Source: an uncultured Methanospirillum sp. | Lineage (GTDB): Archaea > Halobacteriota > Methanomicrobia > Methanomicrobiales > Methanospirillaceae | DNA: 64,000 nt | Assembly: GCA_964637135.1 (NCBI GenBank) | Contig: CAZWTX010000011.1 | Coordinates: 4,297-68,296 of the forward strand | Reading direction: 5' to 3' | Shown: one piece after another, positions 50,097 through 60,894 of the stretch | Layout of the letters: every line of letters begins with the position of its first letter | Numbering within the stretch: position 1 is the stretch's first letter | The notes under the pieces: model-generated | Databases searched by the model: none | What the model saw: the letters and a program-made list of their open reading frames with translations, nothing else | What the model was told of the DNA's origin: nothing | Program-made: the position numbers and the translations under genes

Positions 50097-50132
50097 AGTA
50101 TGATAAGGTGTGTCAGGGGGACTTATCATACT
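50097..50132. promoter_or_regulatory. Perfect 11-bp inverted repeat between divergent acyl-CoA synthetase and tbp
   Basis: AGTATGATAAG (50097-50107), N14, CTTATCATACT (50122-50132). The repeat is certain; a regulatory role is inferred. Confidence 0.6.
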
Positions 50133-50252
50133 ATCAGGATGATCAACAGATAGGAATCAGTCTGTTATCCACATCCCGATAAATTAAGCCGGATAATTGA
50201 AACGATAACTTTTTCGGCCGAATCCCGTCCAAATCACCATTAGTATTATGAT

Positions 50253-50831
50253 ATGAAACAGCCCACCATATCTGGAATGCAGGAAAAAAAATATGAGACC
50301 CTGAAGATTGAAAATATCGTCGCTTCAGGGGCGATCGCTGATTCAATAGATCTCGAGGTGATATCACAGAATATCGAAAACTGTGAACTCAATACAAAGC
50401 GTTTTCCAGGAGCAGTATACCGGATGGACAAACCAAAGATCGCATCCCTGATCTTCTCATCAGGAAAGGTGGTCCTCACCGGTATCAGGGACAACCAGTC
50501 GCTCGAAGAAGGACTCCGCCTGATCATCAATAAAATGAAAGAGAACGGGGTTCCCTGCTATGACGAACCACGGGTTGCCGTCACCAACATCGTCTGTTCC
50601 TATGATATCGGAAGCAAGATCAATCTCAATAAAGTGGTAATGACTCTGAACCTGGAGAATATCGAGTATGAACCTGAACAGTTTCCAGGTCTCGTGTATC
50701 GCATTGCCGAACCAAAAATCGTTGCCCTTCTCTTCTCTTCCGGAAAGATCATCCTGACCGGCGGGAAGAACATGGAAGATATCAAGGCAGGTCTCTCGTT
50801 CCTTGAACAGAAGATCGGCAGTATCATGTGA
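50253..50831 (+). CDS. tbp: TATA-box binding protein
   Basis: NIVAS, RFPGAVYR, LIFSSGKVVLTG, YEPEQFPGLVYR. Alternative start at 50277. Confidence 0.98.
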   Translation: MKQPTISGMQEKKYETLKIENIVASGAIADSIDLEVISQNIENCELNTKRFPGAVYRMDKPKIASLIFSSGKVVLTGIRDNQSLEEGLRLIINKMKENGVPCYDEPRVAVTNIVCSYDIGSKINLNKVVMTLNLENIEYEPEQFPGLVYRIAEPKIVALLFSSGKIILTGGKNMEDIKAGLSFLEQKIGSIM

Positions 50832-50874
50832 TACCCCCCCTGTTTTTCTCCCAATTCTACCCGTTCCACCAGTA

Positions 50875-53571
50875 TTACTGCTGCCAGAACCGGTGGGTCC
50901 GGATGAAGTTCCGTTCCGCTTTCAGGATCTCCCGGTACAGGGCATCGCCTTCGGTATAGGTGGCGATGATCCGGGACGCGGTTTCCGGTCCGACCCCTTT
51001 TGCAGCAAGAACGAGAATCGCCTTTTTCCCGCTTGACAGAACCATGTTCGCATTCCGGAGGAGCCGCTGTTCAATGGATCGCTCCTCGGCATTCTTCTCT
51101 TTCTTATTGGCGAGGGCATACTGTTCTTCTTCATACGGTTTCAGGGTGGCAATCAGCCGTGCCCCGCAGTGTCCGCAGACCGGGTGATCCGGGGCGCGTG
51201 ATACCCGAGTTTTCACTTTCCATTTCCGGCAGTTCATGCATGCAAGGATGATCTCCTGCTGGTCAAGGCGGTGACGGAGCGTGGATATCACCGCCTGATC
51301 GGCAGTCGGGGGAGGGATCATGTCCCTCGTGGAGAGGAGCCCGCTTGCCCCGATCATGCTCTGTGGAGCAATGCAGGTGTCCAGTTCTCCATCGCGGAGT
51401 TGTCCGACGATCCGGACTGCCCCGTCGACGTCCATGTACCGGCTGAACAATTCCCGGTATGCTTCTTTCTGGATGGCCGGCATCTGGAGGAGATCTGAAA
51501 GGCGGTGAATACTCAGTCGTTCAAAGTCTGCATCGGCATCGATAGCCCCGAACTTCTTCGCCACCTGGACCAGTTTCCACTTAAAGAGAGAGGTCCTTTT
51601 CAGGGCAAGTTCAAGAACGCCCCTGATATGCCCTGGTTCGAGGGTATGGATCACCTCGAGCACGTCCCGGGCCCCGATCTCGCGGGGAAGCCGGAGCAGG
51701 ATCCGGTATGCATCGAGATCAAGGCCGATCGTCGAGCCGTACCTCGCAGAAAGGAGAACGGATATGACTCTGCCGAATGCCTCGTTCGTCTGGTGACCGG
51801 CGCAGAGATTGATCACCACCCCGTCCTCTGCCGGTTCTATGGTCAGCAGCCGGTCGGTCGGGATGATCCCGTGATTCTTCTCGACGAGATCAAGAAAGCC
51901 GTGGGCAAACCGGATCGAGGCCTCGTCATTGGTATACCCGTCAAACGCCTGGGTCCGTCTGAGCATCCCGACTTCCTGGGCCACGACAAAGGGAACCGGA
52001 ATCTGTTCGCCTTCCCATGAAGGAAGTTCTCCAGAGGCATTCTTCGCCGGTTCAACGGTCACCTTCCCCTCCTCCATCTCAAGTACCCGCCAGAGCTGGC
52101 CACGGGCAATAAAAACGGCACCGGTATGGAGCGAGGTTATCACGAAGGATTCATCAAGTGAGCCGACCGTCCGGCGGGAAACCATATCAAAAACCGGAAA
52201 TTTTCGTTCGTCAGGAATCATCGAGAGGTTTCCCGAGAGGTACCGCCGGGCACGGGACGTGGTGATGATCCGGTCCCCGTCTGTCCGGATGACATAGTGT
52301 TCCTGAAGCTGGCCGATGATCTGGCTGAGATCTTCATCTGGATGCGGGCATATCGCAGAGCGGGAGAGGATTGCCCGGATATCAGCACGGGAGATCTCCC
52401 CGTACTCAACAGTAATAGCTGCCACCTGGTTTGCAATGGCGTCACCGGCATCATACGGCGGGGTCACCGGTTCCACCATGCCGGCCTGTGCCCGGCGGGT
52501 GATCACCAGGGATTCAAGGAGATCATCAAACCCGCTCGCGATGATCGTCCCGTGGGAGACCTTTCCGATCTGGTGGCCGGCCCGGCCAACCCGTTGCACA
52601 AGCCTGCTCACCTCACGGGGAGATCCGAACTGCACCACGTGATCGATATGACCGATATCGATGCCGAGTTCCATGGATGAGGTACAGATCAATGCCCTGA
52701 TCTCACCGTTCTTAAACCGCTCCTCGGCTTCGATCCTGACATCACGGGAGAGCGACCCATGGTGAACGTCAATACCGCCGTCACCGGCAAGGGCATGGCC
52801 GAGCGACTCAGCCGTCGAGCGGGTATTGACAAAGATGAGTGTCGACGGTCGGGACCGGATCTGTTTCCTGACCATGCGGACCTGGTCATCAAACTGCTCA
52901 CCGGCCATCTCCACGGAAATAGCGATCCGTTTCGTCACCGGGACTTCAACAATACTGCAGGGTCGCTCCCCTGTCAGGTACCGGGCAACTTCCGCAGGGT
53001 TTCCGACCGTTGCAGAGAGCCCGATCCGCTGGAACTCGCCGGCATACGGTATCAGCCGCTCAAGGGCAATACTCAGTTGTGCCCCCCGCTTGGTTCCCGC
53101 AAGGTCATGAATCTCATCGATTATCACGAACCTGACCGCTCTGAGATGTTCCCTGAGCCGTTTTCCCATGAATATTGCCTGGAGCGTCTCCGGCGTGGTG
53201 ACGAGCAGGTCGGGGGGATGAAGTGCCTGTTTCCTCCGTTCTGACTGGGAGGTGTCACCGTGCCTGACCCCGACGGTCAGACCGAGGTACCCGCACCACC
53301 ATTCCATCCGGTGGAGGATATCCCGGTTCAGACTCCGGAGCGGGGTAATATAAATGGCCGAGAATCCTCCTCCCTTCCCGCGTACCAGTTCGCTGAAAAC
53401 CGGCAGCATGGCACTCTCCGTCTTTCCCGTCCCGGTCGGGGCGATGAGAAGGATGTGGTTGCCGGCGAGAATTTCAGGTATTGATTTCTTCTGGACCTCG
53501 GAGAGATCGGAAAAGCCCTTTTCCCTGACTGCATCAGCGATACGCGGGTCAAGCGTCCGTATCATGGTCAT
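50875..53571 (-). CDS. lhr: Lhr-type SF2 helicase (archaeal Lhr core)
   Basis: APTGTGKT, DEIHD, GLSAT, HHGSLS, SSMELGID, QRVGRAGH, MIPDE; C-terminal zinc finger CMNC..CGHC. Confidence 0.93.
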   Translation of the reverse strand: MTMIRTLDPRIADAVREKGFSDLSEVQKKSIPEILAGNHILLIAPTGTGKTESAMLPVFSELVRGKGGGFSAIYITPLRSLNRDILHRMEWWCGYLGLTVGVRHGDTSQSERRKQALHPPDLLVTTPETLQAIFMGKRLREHLRAVRFVIIDEIHDLAGTKRGAQLSIALERLIPYAGEFQRIGLSATVGNPAEVARYLTGERPCSIVEVPVTKRIAISVEMAGEQFDDQVRMVRKQIRSRPSTLIFVNTRSTAESLGHALAGDGGIDVHHGSLSRDVRIEAEERFKNGEIRALICTSSMELGIDIGHIDHVVQFGSPREVSRLVQRVGRAGHQIGKVSHGTIIASGFDDLLESLVITRRAQAGMVEPVTPPYDAGDAIANQVAAITVEYGEISRADIRAILSRSAICPHPDEDLSQIIGQLQEHYVIRTDGDRIITTSRARRYLSGNLSMIPDERKFPVFDMVSRRTVGSLDESFVITSLHTGAVFIARGQLWRVLEMEEGKVTVEPAKNASGELPSWEGEQIPVPFVVAQEVGMLRRTQAFDGYTNDEASIRFAHGFLDLVEKNHGIIPTDRLLTIEPAEDGVVINLCAGHQTNEAFGRVISVLLSARYGSTIGLDLDAYRILLRLPREIGARDVLEVIHTLEPGHIRGVLELALKRTSLFKWKLVQVAKKFGAIDADADFERLSIHRLSDLLQMPAIQKEAYRELFSRYMDVDGAVRIVGQLRDGELDTCIAPQSMIGASGLLSTRDMIPPPTADQAVISTLRHRLDQQEIILACMNCRKWKVKTRVSRAPDHPVCGHCGARLIATLKPYEEEQYALANKKEKNAEERSIEQRLLRNANMVLSSGKKAILVLAAKGVGPETASRIIATYTEGDALYREILKAERNFIRTHRFWQQ

Positions 53572-54337
53572 GACGAAGGATGCCCGCAAGATCGCCGCCA
53601 TACGATCCGTCGGGAAGAAGACATTCTGCAGTCTCTACAATGAGGGAACGCGACAGCGGAGAGAACGGGGAGCGGAAAGTCCGTTCAATCCCGTACCCGG
53701 CAAATTCGTTGAATGCAGGAATAAAGAGAATCCGGGTAGATAGCGGCTCTTCAGGGCCCCTTTCCCCACCTCCGCTCCGGTCCGGGTCCGTGTTCCCCGG
53801 GTCATGCCTGAGCTCGCCGAGGATGTAGCAGGGCGAACGGATGGCCGTTCCGACTTCATCCCTGAGCGATACCACCGGGTGGTGATGGCCGGCGATAATG
53901 AGCGAGCCGGTCAATGCGGAGTCCGGGTGCATGTGCCCGTGCAGATACCCGTTCCCGTCTATTACGGTTCCATCAGGGCGGAGAAGTTCTGACGGACGAA
54001 GGAAGGATTCAATTCCGGGATCATGGTTTCCCGGGGAAACCAGCACCTCCCCGTTCTTCCGGAGTGCCTGGAAAAGACCAGGTAGTTCCCTGAATTCCTG
54101 GAGCGAGGTTCCCGGGACGCGATGCTTGATATCACCAAGAAGAAGGATGATGTCAGGTGAGGTATCGCGTGAGATAGCGAGCAGTCTTCGTATCCGATCC
54201 TCCCCCCGGCTTCGGAAATGGATGCCATGCGATCTAAGATCTGATTCGATCCCCATGTGCAGATCGGCAGCAACCAGTATCCGCATATCTTCCTCGACCA
54301 GTATCGCCGGACCCGAATCGATGAATTCTATCTCCAT
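53549..54337 (-). CDS. Metallophosphoesterase (ICC-like, Lhr-associated MPE type)
   Basis: ADLHMG, LGDIKH, PGNHD, LHGH, GHHHP, PAFN. Confidence 0.92.
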   Translation of the reverse strand: MEIEFIDSGPAILVEEDMRILVAADLHMGIESDLRSHGIHFRSRGEDRIRRLLAISRDTSPDIILLLGDIKHRVPGTSLQEFRELPGLFQALRKNGEVLVSPGNHDPGIESFLRPSELLRPDGTVIDGNGYLHGHMHPDSALTGSLIIAGHHHPVVSLRDEVGTAIRSPCYILGELRHDPGNTDPDRSGGGERGPEEPLSTRILFIPAFNEFAGYGIERTFRSPFSPLSRSLIVETAECLLPDGSYGGDLAGILRHDHDTDA

Positions 54338-54340
54338 GAC

Positions 54341-55114
54341 CTAGAGAATCTTGACAAATCCTGATGACGGCTGGTAGATCTCGTCATCGGCAACCAGTCC
54401 GCGGATGGTCTCAGTGAATACCGGCTCGGTAATGCCAAGTCCGGCAGCAGTTCCGGCAAGTTCTTCAAGAGATACACCGCGTGGACCTGAACATGACGTG
54501 ATCAGGGAGAGTATCCGCTCACGGACCTCCTCTGGCGAGGAAGGAATGATCTGCACGTGGCCGATAGCAGACTCTATCCATCCTGCCATTTCCCGGAGGG
54601 CATCCATCGTGAGCTGGTACTTAGTAATGGCACGATCTGCATCGTCAGGAGTCCTGGCCGGGTCTGAAGATGCCAGCCGGTCACGGAGGGTTTCGAGACG
54701 GTCAAGGGTATCTGCTGCCGCCCTAAGAATCCAGTGATCTCTTCCGGCACGATCCGACACCTGCAGCATCTCGAGCAGAAGTGGGAACTGGCCGGTCGGG
54801 GACGGGACTGCGTCCGGAACCGCCGTGAGGGAGACGAATACCGGCGGGGCGAGGTTATCGGGAATGAGACCGGGGAAGCGGGATGAATCGACCCGGATCG
54901 TCAGCACGCCGGTCGGATCAGCAACCCGGATCGATCCGACGCCCCTCCTGTCGAGTGACAGGTCGGTGAGAGCGCCGGAGAAAACGAGTCTCCTGACCGT
55001 TCCTCCGGTCAGGGTGACGGGCAGTGCATCTTCCGGTGAAGACTGTCCGGCAGGATTGCTATGAAACAATTCTATGGCAAAGAGGTGGAGAGACGGGAGA
55101 AGATCTGCAACCAT
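54341..55114 (-). CDS. RPA32-like protein (OB fold plus C-terminal winged helix)
   Basis: RRLVFSGAL...IRVADPTG OB pattern; C-terminal TIRGLVADDEIYQPSSGFVKIL winged-helix pattern. Start uncertain. Confidence 0.65.
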   Translation of the reverse strand: MVADLLPSLHLFAIELFHSNPAGQSSPEDALPVTLTGGTVRRLVFSGALTDLSLDRRGVGSIRVADPTGVLTIRVDSSRFPGLIPDNLAPPVFVSLTAVPDAVPSPTGQFPLLLEMLQVSDRAGRDHWILRAAADTLDRLETLRDRLASSDPARTPDDADRAITKYQLTMDALREMAGWIESAIGHVQIIPSSPEEVRERILSLITSCSGPRGVSLEELAGTAAGLGITEPVFTETIRGLVADDEIYQPSSGFVKIL

Positions 55115-55398
55115 GGATGATCCGGTGAAAAGTAGTATACGGTTGGTTCTCACCGGTGATAGACATACCCCTGAAGAATGGCAGGATATACTGACCCAAA
55201 ATTCCCGGCAGATACCCGGGATAATACCGGGGAAGCGGATATTTTTCCGGGATATTCACATCTGAATAAATCCCCGGAAAACAACGATTATCAGATGCCG
55301 GAATATCCTCCGTTTTACTGCGTTGAACCTTCGATATCTTTTTAATTCATTGGGATATATATCTGCGTACGCATAGTTCTAGAACGCGGGTAATTTGT

Positions 55399-58300
55399 AT
55401 GATGGGGAATGCTAAACCGGTAGGGTGTCTTATCCTCAGCCTTCTCCTGTTATCCTGCTGTTTTGCAGCAGCCGATAACGGAGCCGCAGGTGAGGTACTC
55501 AGGACTCCTGAGGCCACAATAGCCACAATGCCCCTCCTCTTTTCAGAGAACCAGGGGCAGTATGAAGAGAACGTCTCGTATCAGGCACGAAGTACCGAAC
55601 AGGTTATCACGGTCCTGAACAACGGGATTGAATTCAGTCAGAGTCCGGGTAACAGTTCGGTATTCATGCTTCTGGATGGATCAAATCCAGACACGAAGAT
55701 TATCGGGCTCAATCCCATCAACGGGACGGCCAACTATTACTACGGATCTGACCCGTCGGCATGGATTTCAGGAGTGCCACTCACCGCAGGGGTGCAGTAC
55801 CAGGAGGTATACCCGGGTATTGACATGAACCTCTCCGGAACAGAAGGGCTCCTTAAGAGTGAATTTACCGTCAGACCCGGAGCAGATCCGGCGGCAATCG
55901 TCCTGCAGTACCAGGGTCAGACCGGTCTTTCACTCAATGAGACCGGAGATCTTGTTATCCAGACTCCGGCACGTGAGATAGTGGATGAAGCTCCGTATGC
56001 ATACCAGGAGATAAACGGTACAAAGGTCACCGTTCCCTGTTCATACGTTGTCGGAGAGAACGGAACCGTCTCGTTCTCCCTGGAATCATACGATGCCACG
56101 CTTCCGCTCGTTATCGACCCGGTGCTCCGCTACTCCCTGTACTTTGGAGGAACAGGCAGGGACTGGGGAAACAGCATTGCCGTTGACCAGAATGGGTATG
56201 CCTATTTCATCGGCACCACCTGGTCTGATCATCTGAAGTACCTTTACAACATTACCCAGGAGAGCAGTGCCGAGGTCTCCGCACAGGGACTGGCCCCGGG
56301 AAGTGTCCAGCCGTTCTTCGGTGGCGGTGACAAGGATGCCTTTGTCATCAAGATCGATCCTGACGGAACCAGTCTTGTGTACATCACGTACATCGGTGGA
56401 AGCGGTACTGACGAGGGAACCGGTCTTGTTATTGACAAGGAAGGATCTGCCTACGTCGTCGGAGGAACCAACTCCAAGGACTTCCCGGTCAAGAACGGGT
56501 ACCGGGATGCCATATCAGGCGGGTATGATGCCTGGGTAGCCAAGCTCCAGCCGGACGGCAGGGACTTCGTGTACTCGACCTTCCTCGGCGGGGAAAAGGA
56601 TGACTTTGCAAACGCCGTGACGATTGATGACAAGACGAATGTCTTCGTTACCGGCCAGACCCATTCATGGAATTTCCCGGTTGTCAACCGGTACCAGCTC
56701 TCACCGTACGGCGGGATGGCTGATGCATTCATCACCAAGCTGGATCCGGAAGGAAAGTCAGTCGTATACTCCAACTTCATCGGCGGGAGTGCGTACGATG
56801 CAGGAACCGGTATTACTCTCGATCCGAATGGATATGCCTGTATCGTCGGGCAGACAGAGTCACGGGATCTCCCGGTCATAAAGCCATACCAGAACACGCT
56901 TCATGGAACATTTGATGCCTTTGTCACGAAGTTTGATCCCGAAGGCAAGTATCCTGCTGCGTATTCGACGTACCTTGGCGGGTCAGGATGGGAAGACGGC
57001 AGGGGAATCATTGCCCTTCCGGATGGGAAACTTGCCGTTGTCGGTGTCACCAAGTCAACGGATTTCCCGCTGAATAATGCCATCCAGAGCAGTCTGCTCG
57101 GCCTTCAGGACGGATTTTTAGCCACGCTGAACCAGGACGGATCGGCACTCGTTGAATCCACCTACTTCGGAGGAACCCTCATTGACAGTATCAACGGCGT
57201 GGATCGGGATGCAGCAGGGAACATCTTCGTCATCGGTACGACAGATTCACCCGATCTTCCGGTGCAGCGGGCATACCAGTCAAAGACGGGTGGCAGCTCT
57301 GACGCGATGATCGCCAAGTTCACCCCTGATCTCAGCCAGACAGTCTTTGTCACGTACCTCGGTGGATCACAGATCGAGGAAGGACGTGCCATTGCTGTCA
57401 CCGATGAGGGTGATGCCTACCTGAACGGGTACACCGAGTCCAAGAACTTCCCCAAGGTGTGGCCGTACCAGCAGAACTACGGTGATGGTGACCGCGACGC
57501 ATTCGTTGCCGTTCTCTCCGAACATGACATGATCCCGGTCACCGATTTCGTCGGTGTCCCGACTGAGGGAGATGCCCCGCTGACCGTCCAGTTCACGGAC
57601 AAGTCTCTTGGTATCCCGACCTCGTGGGCATGGGAATTCGGAGACAACACGACGTCTACCGAGAAGAACCCGGTTCACACCTACCAGAACCCCGGTGTCT
57701 ACACAGTCTCCCTGACGGCAAAGAACATCGTTTCAAGCCAGAAGAAGACAAAAGAGAACTATATCACGGTCCGGGAACCGATGAAACCCCCGGTTGCAGA
57801 TTTCAACGGGGTTCCCCAGTCAGGGATGGTTCCCCTGACCGTCACCTTCACCGATCTCTCGACCAATGAGCCCGACAAGTGGCTCTGGGCGTTTGGCGAT
57901 TCACAGACATCGGCAGAGAAGAACCCGGTTCACACCTACACGGTCCCCGGGAAATACACCGTTAACCTCACGGTGAGCAACCGTGCCGGCACATCCTCCA
58001 AGGAGAAACCAGAGTTTGTCAATGCACAGCCCTGTGTGATCAAGCCGGTAGCAGATTTTGCTGCCGACCCGACCAGCGGCATGGTACCGCTCTCGGTGAA
58101 GTTCACCGATCTCTCAAAGAACGCACCGACCGCATGGACATGGACATTCGGAGACGGGACTTCTGCAAACGAGCAGAACCCGACCCATGTCTACACGGTT
58201 CCGGGCAAGTACTCGGTCACCCTCAATGTCAGCAACCAGGCAGGATCAGACCAGATCACAAAGCCCGAACTCGTCAATGCACAGCCGTCAATCCTAAAAC

Positions 58301-60894
58301 CGATTGCCGACTTCGATGCATTCCCGACCTCCGGTCCGGCACCCCTGAGTGTCCAGTTCTCTGACCGTTCCCAGAATAACCCGGCAAAATGGCTCTGGGA
58401 CTTCGGGGACGGGGCCAAGTCAGAAGAACGCAACCCGGTTCACCTCTATGCAAACCCGGGACTCTACACCGTGTCCCTCACGGTCACCAACGAAGCAGGC
58501 GCTGATACAAAGGTAAAACCTGAACTTATCAATGCCTGTTCCCCGGTACTGCCGCCAAAGGCAGACTTCGCCGGGGAACCCCGGGAAGGAGTAGCACCTC
58601 TGAAGGTCTCATTCACCGATCTCTCGCTCAACCAGCCGACCTCATGGCTCTGGAACTTCGGAGACGGACAGACCGGTGCAGAGAAGAACCCGACCCATGT
58701 GTACAGCAATCCGGGAACCTACACGGTTACTCTGACCGTGACCAACGAAGCCGGCACTGACACGAAGGTTGCGCAGAATTACATCACGGTAAAGAGTTCG
58801 GTCCTTCCGCCAAAAGCAGACTTCACCGCCAATCCGACCAGCGGAATGGCACCCCTGAAGGTTTCGTTCATCGATCTCTCGAAGAACAACCCGAAGCAGT
58901 GGTACTGGAAGTTTGGTGACGGCACCGATTCAATCGAACAGAACCCGGTTCACGTCTACACCCAGGCAGGAGTCTATACCGTTGAACTGACCGTCAGCAA
59001 CGAGGGCGGTGCGGACACTAAGGTGGCAAAAGAGTTCGTGACGGTAAACCCGCCCGGATGCCCGCCTGATGCCCAGTTCAGAGGTGCACCAACCACCGGA
59101 ACGGCACCGCTTGCGGTGAGCTTTACCGACATGTCAACCGGTGCACCGGCAACATGGAAATGGAACTTCGGAGACGGACAGGTCTCACCAGAACAGCACC
59201 CTGAACACACCTACACGACTCCCGGGGAATACACGGTCAGTCTGTTCGTAGAGAACCAGTTCGGAACGTCGGAAGAGGTCAGGGAGAGGTACATCCGGGT
59301 CCTTGAAAAACCGGTCCCGCTCAAGGCAGCCTTCATGGGTGAGCCAACCGCAGGAGAAGCACCACTGACAGTCTGCTTCACCGATCTCTCCACCGGTGGC
59401 CCGCAGGCCTGGCTCTGGAACTTCGGAGACGGTAAGACCTCTCCCGAGATGAACCCGACCCATGTCTACGAGAAGGCCGGTGTGTACACGGTATTCCTCA
59501 CGGTTACCCGCGGTGATGAGCGGTCATCCGAGATCAGGTATGAATACATCCATGTCAGCGAGCCCGGAAAACCACCGGTTCCCGATTTCGTAGCTTCACC
59601 AACGAGCGGAACGGTTCCGCTGACCGTCTGTTTCACCGATCTTACACGTGAGAATCCGACCGCCTGGAACTGGGACTTCGGTGACGGTGGAAAATCAAGT
59701 GAGCAGAACCCAACCCATGTCTTCACGACTCCGGGAACCTACACGGTCTGCCTTGAAGCATCCAACCAGTTTGGATCTGCCAAGGCCTGCAAGCAGAACC
59801 TGATTACCGTCAGGGAAGCCCCGCAGAAACCGGCCGAGTTCTTCGGTCATATCACGGTTGACGGACAGCCGGCATGCACCGGAACCCTTGTCGAAGCCCG
59901 TGGAGCCGGTGTCGAGACCGGTGTCCCGCTCAATCCGGTGACCATGTCCCTTGAGGGCAGCTATGGAACGCCTGACCCGCTTACGGTGAAGGGCACCGTT
60001 AAGAACGGTGAGATGCTCACCTTCTGGGTCAAGACCTCGGGTGCATCCGAGTATGTCCAGGCAGAATGCTATGACGTCTACGGCGGCACCGAATGGACAC
60101 CGTCATATCCGTTCCGTGCCGGCGACAAGACCCGGCTTGATCTCAGAATCGGTGAGGCACCCATCCCGCCGATGCCGGTTCTCCCCCATGAGTTCTTCGG
60201 TGAAGTGACCTATGGCGGAACCCCGCTTGAAGCTGGATCCGTCCTCATCGTGAAGGGAGACAATGTCCTTGAAGGACACCGGGGCAACCCGCTTCCAGTG
60301 ACGTCTCCGGGAGTCTACGGATTTGGCGAGATGCAGAAACTGGTTGCACAGGGCGAACTGACAAAGGGTCAGCCGCTTACCTTCTGGATCGTCCCGGCAG
60401 GCACCAACGAGGAACTCCAGGCAGAAGTCAGGGATGTTGAAGGCGGCGGAGACTGGATGACCACGTACCCATACATCGAGGGAGGACTCACCAGACTTGA
60501 GATCAGGGCAGCCGGCGGAACCCCGCCGGTTCCAATCATCCCGATGACCCTGTCAGGATCTATCACCCTTGATGACATACCGGTCGTCACCGGATCCCTG
60601 GTGACCGCAGACGGTGCAGGTATCCGGGTCGGCGTCGACGGAAACCCCGTGCAGATCAGCACCGCCGGTACCTACGGCGACCAGACGAAACTGACCGTTC
60701 AGGGTGATGCCGGGAAAGGAACCCCGGTTACCTTCACCCTCTACGACGCCCAGAGCGGCAGGGAGTTCACTGCAGAAGTGAAGGATCCCGAGACCGGTAC
60801 CTGGGTCCAGACCTATCCATTCCAGCCGGGAACAGACCTGACCCTTGAGATGCGGGCCATATCTGTCATCCCGATGGCAACGGAAACCAACTAA
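55399..60894 (+). CDS. Large secreted surface protein: N-terminal domain, SBBP beta-propeller repeats, 9 PKD domains, 3 C-terminal repeats
   Basis: Signal peptide; YSTFLGG..D.A..IA.D propeller blades; nine P.A.F..P.SG.APL.V.F.D.S...P..W.W.FGDG units; three terminal repeats beginning PAEFFG, PHEFFG and PMTLSG. Confidence 0.93.
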   Translation: MMGNAKPVGCLILSLLLLSCCFAAADNGAAGEVLRTPEATIATMPLLFSENQGQYEENVSYQARSTEQVITVLNNGIEFSQSPGNSSVFMLLDGSNPDTKIIGLNPINGTANYYYGSDPSAWISGVPLTAGVQYQEVYPGIDMNLSGTEGLLKSEFTVRPGADPAAIVLQYQGQTGLSLNETGDLVIQTPAREIVDEAPYAYQEINGTKVTVPCSYVVGENGTVSFSLESYDATLPLVIDPVLRYSLYFGGTGRDWGNSIAVDQNGYAYFIGTTWSDHLKYLYNITQESSAEVSAQGLAPGSVQPFFGGGDKDAFVIKIDPDGTSLVYITYIGGSGTDEGTGLVIDKEGSAYVVGGTNSKDFPVKNGYRDAISGGYDAWVAKLQPDGRDFVYSTFLGGEKDDFANAVTIDDKTNVFVTGQTHSWNFPVVNRYQLSPYGGMADAFITKLDPEGKSVVYSNFIGGSAYDAGTGITLDPNGYACIVGQTESRDLPVIKPYQNTLHGTFDAFVTKFDPEGKYPAAYSTYLGGSGWEDGRGIIALPDGKLAVVGVTKSTDFPLNNAIQSSLLGLQDGFLATLNQDGSALVESTYFGGTLIDSINGVDRDAAGNIFVIGTTDSPDLPVQRAYQSKTGGSSDAMIAKFTPDLSQTVFVTYLGGSQIEEGRAIAVTDEGDAYLNGYTESKNFPKVWPYQQNYGDGDRDAFVAVLSEHDMIPVTDFVGVPTEGDAPLTVQFTDKSLGIPTSWAWEFGDNTTSTEKNPVHTYQNPGVYTVSLTAKNIVSSQKKTKENYITVREPMKPPVADFNGVPQSGMVPLTVTFTDLSTNEPDKWLWAFGDSQTSAEKNPVHTYTVPGKYTVNLTVSNRAGTSSKEKPEFVNAQPCVIKPVADFAADPTSGMVPLSVKFTDLSKNAPTAWTWTFGDGTSANEQNPTHVYTVPGKYSVTLNVSNQAGSDQITKPELVNAQPSILKPIADFDAFPTSGPAPLSVQFSDRSQNNPAKWLWDFGDGAKSEERNPVHLYANPGLYTVSLTVTNEAGADTKVKPELINACSPVLPPKADFAGEPREGVAPLKVSFTDLSLNQPTSWLWNFGDGQTGAEKNPTHVYSNPGTYTVTLTVTNEAGTDTKVAQNYITVKSSVLPPKADFTANPTSGMAPLKVSFIDLSKNNPKQWYWKFGDGTDSIEQNPVHVYTQAGVYTVELTVSNEGGADTKVAKEFVTVNPPGCPPDAQFRGAPTTGTAPLAVSFTDMSTGAPATWKWNFGDGQVSPEQHPEHTYTTPGEYTVSLFVENQFGTSEEVRERYIRVLEKPVPLKAAFMGEPTAGEAPLTVCFTDLSTGGPQAWLWNFGDGKTSPEMNPTHVYEKAGVYTVFLTVTRGDERSSEIRYEYIHVSEPGKPPVPDFVASPTSGTVPLTVCFTDLTRENPTAWNWDFGDGGKSSEQNPTHVFTTPGTYTVCLEASNQFGSAKACKQNLITVREAPQKPAEFFGHITVDGQPACTGTLVEARGAGVETGVPLNPVTMSLEGSYGTPDPLTVKGTVKNGEMLTFWVKTSGASEYVQAECYDVYGGTEWTPSYPFRAGDKTRLDLRIGEAPIPPMPVLPHEFFGEVTYGGTPLEAGSVLIVKGDNVLEGHRGNPLPVTSPGVYGFGEMQKLVAQGELTKGQPLTFWIVPAGTNEELQAEVRDVEGGGDWMTTYPYIEGGLTRLEIRAAGGTPPVPIIPMTLSGSITLDDIPVVTGSLVTADGAGIRVGVDGNPVQISTAGTYGDQTKLTVQGDAGKGTPVTFTLYDAQSGREFTAEVKDPETGTWVQTYPFQPGTDLTLEMRAISVIPMATETN
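57530..59820 (+). repeat. Nine tandem PKD-domain repeats
   Basis: Recurring W.FGD(G) and E.NP.H.Y...G.Y.V.L motifs about every 250 bp. Confidence 0.9.

Noticed and set aside
48135-55373. Short palindromes ATGATATATCAT (48153-48164) and TGCGTACGCA (55364-55373) near promoters
   Set aside because: Single 10-12-bp palindromes overlapping or beside TATA-like sequence; too weak to call as operators.
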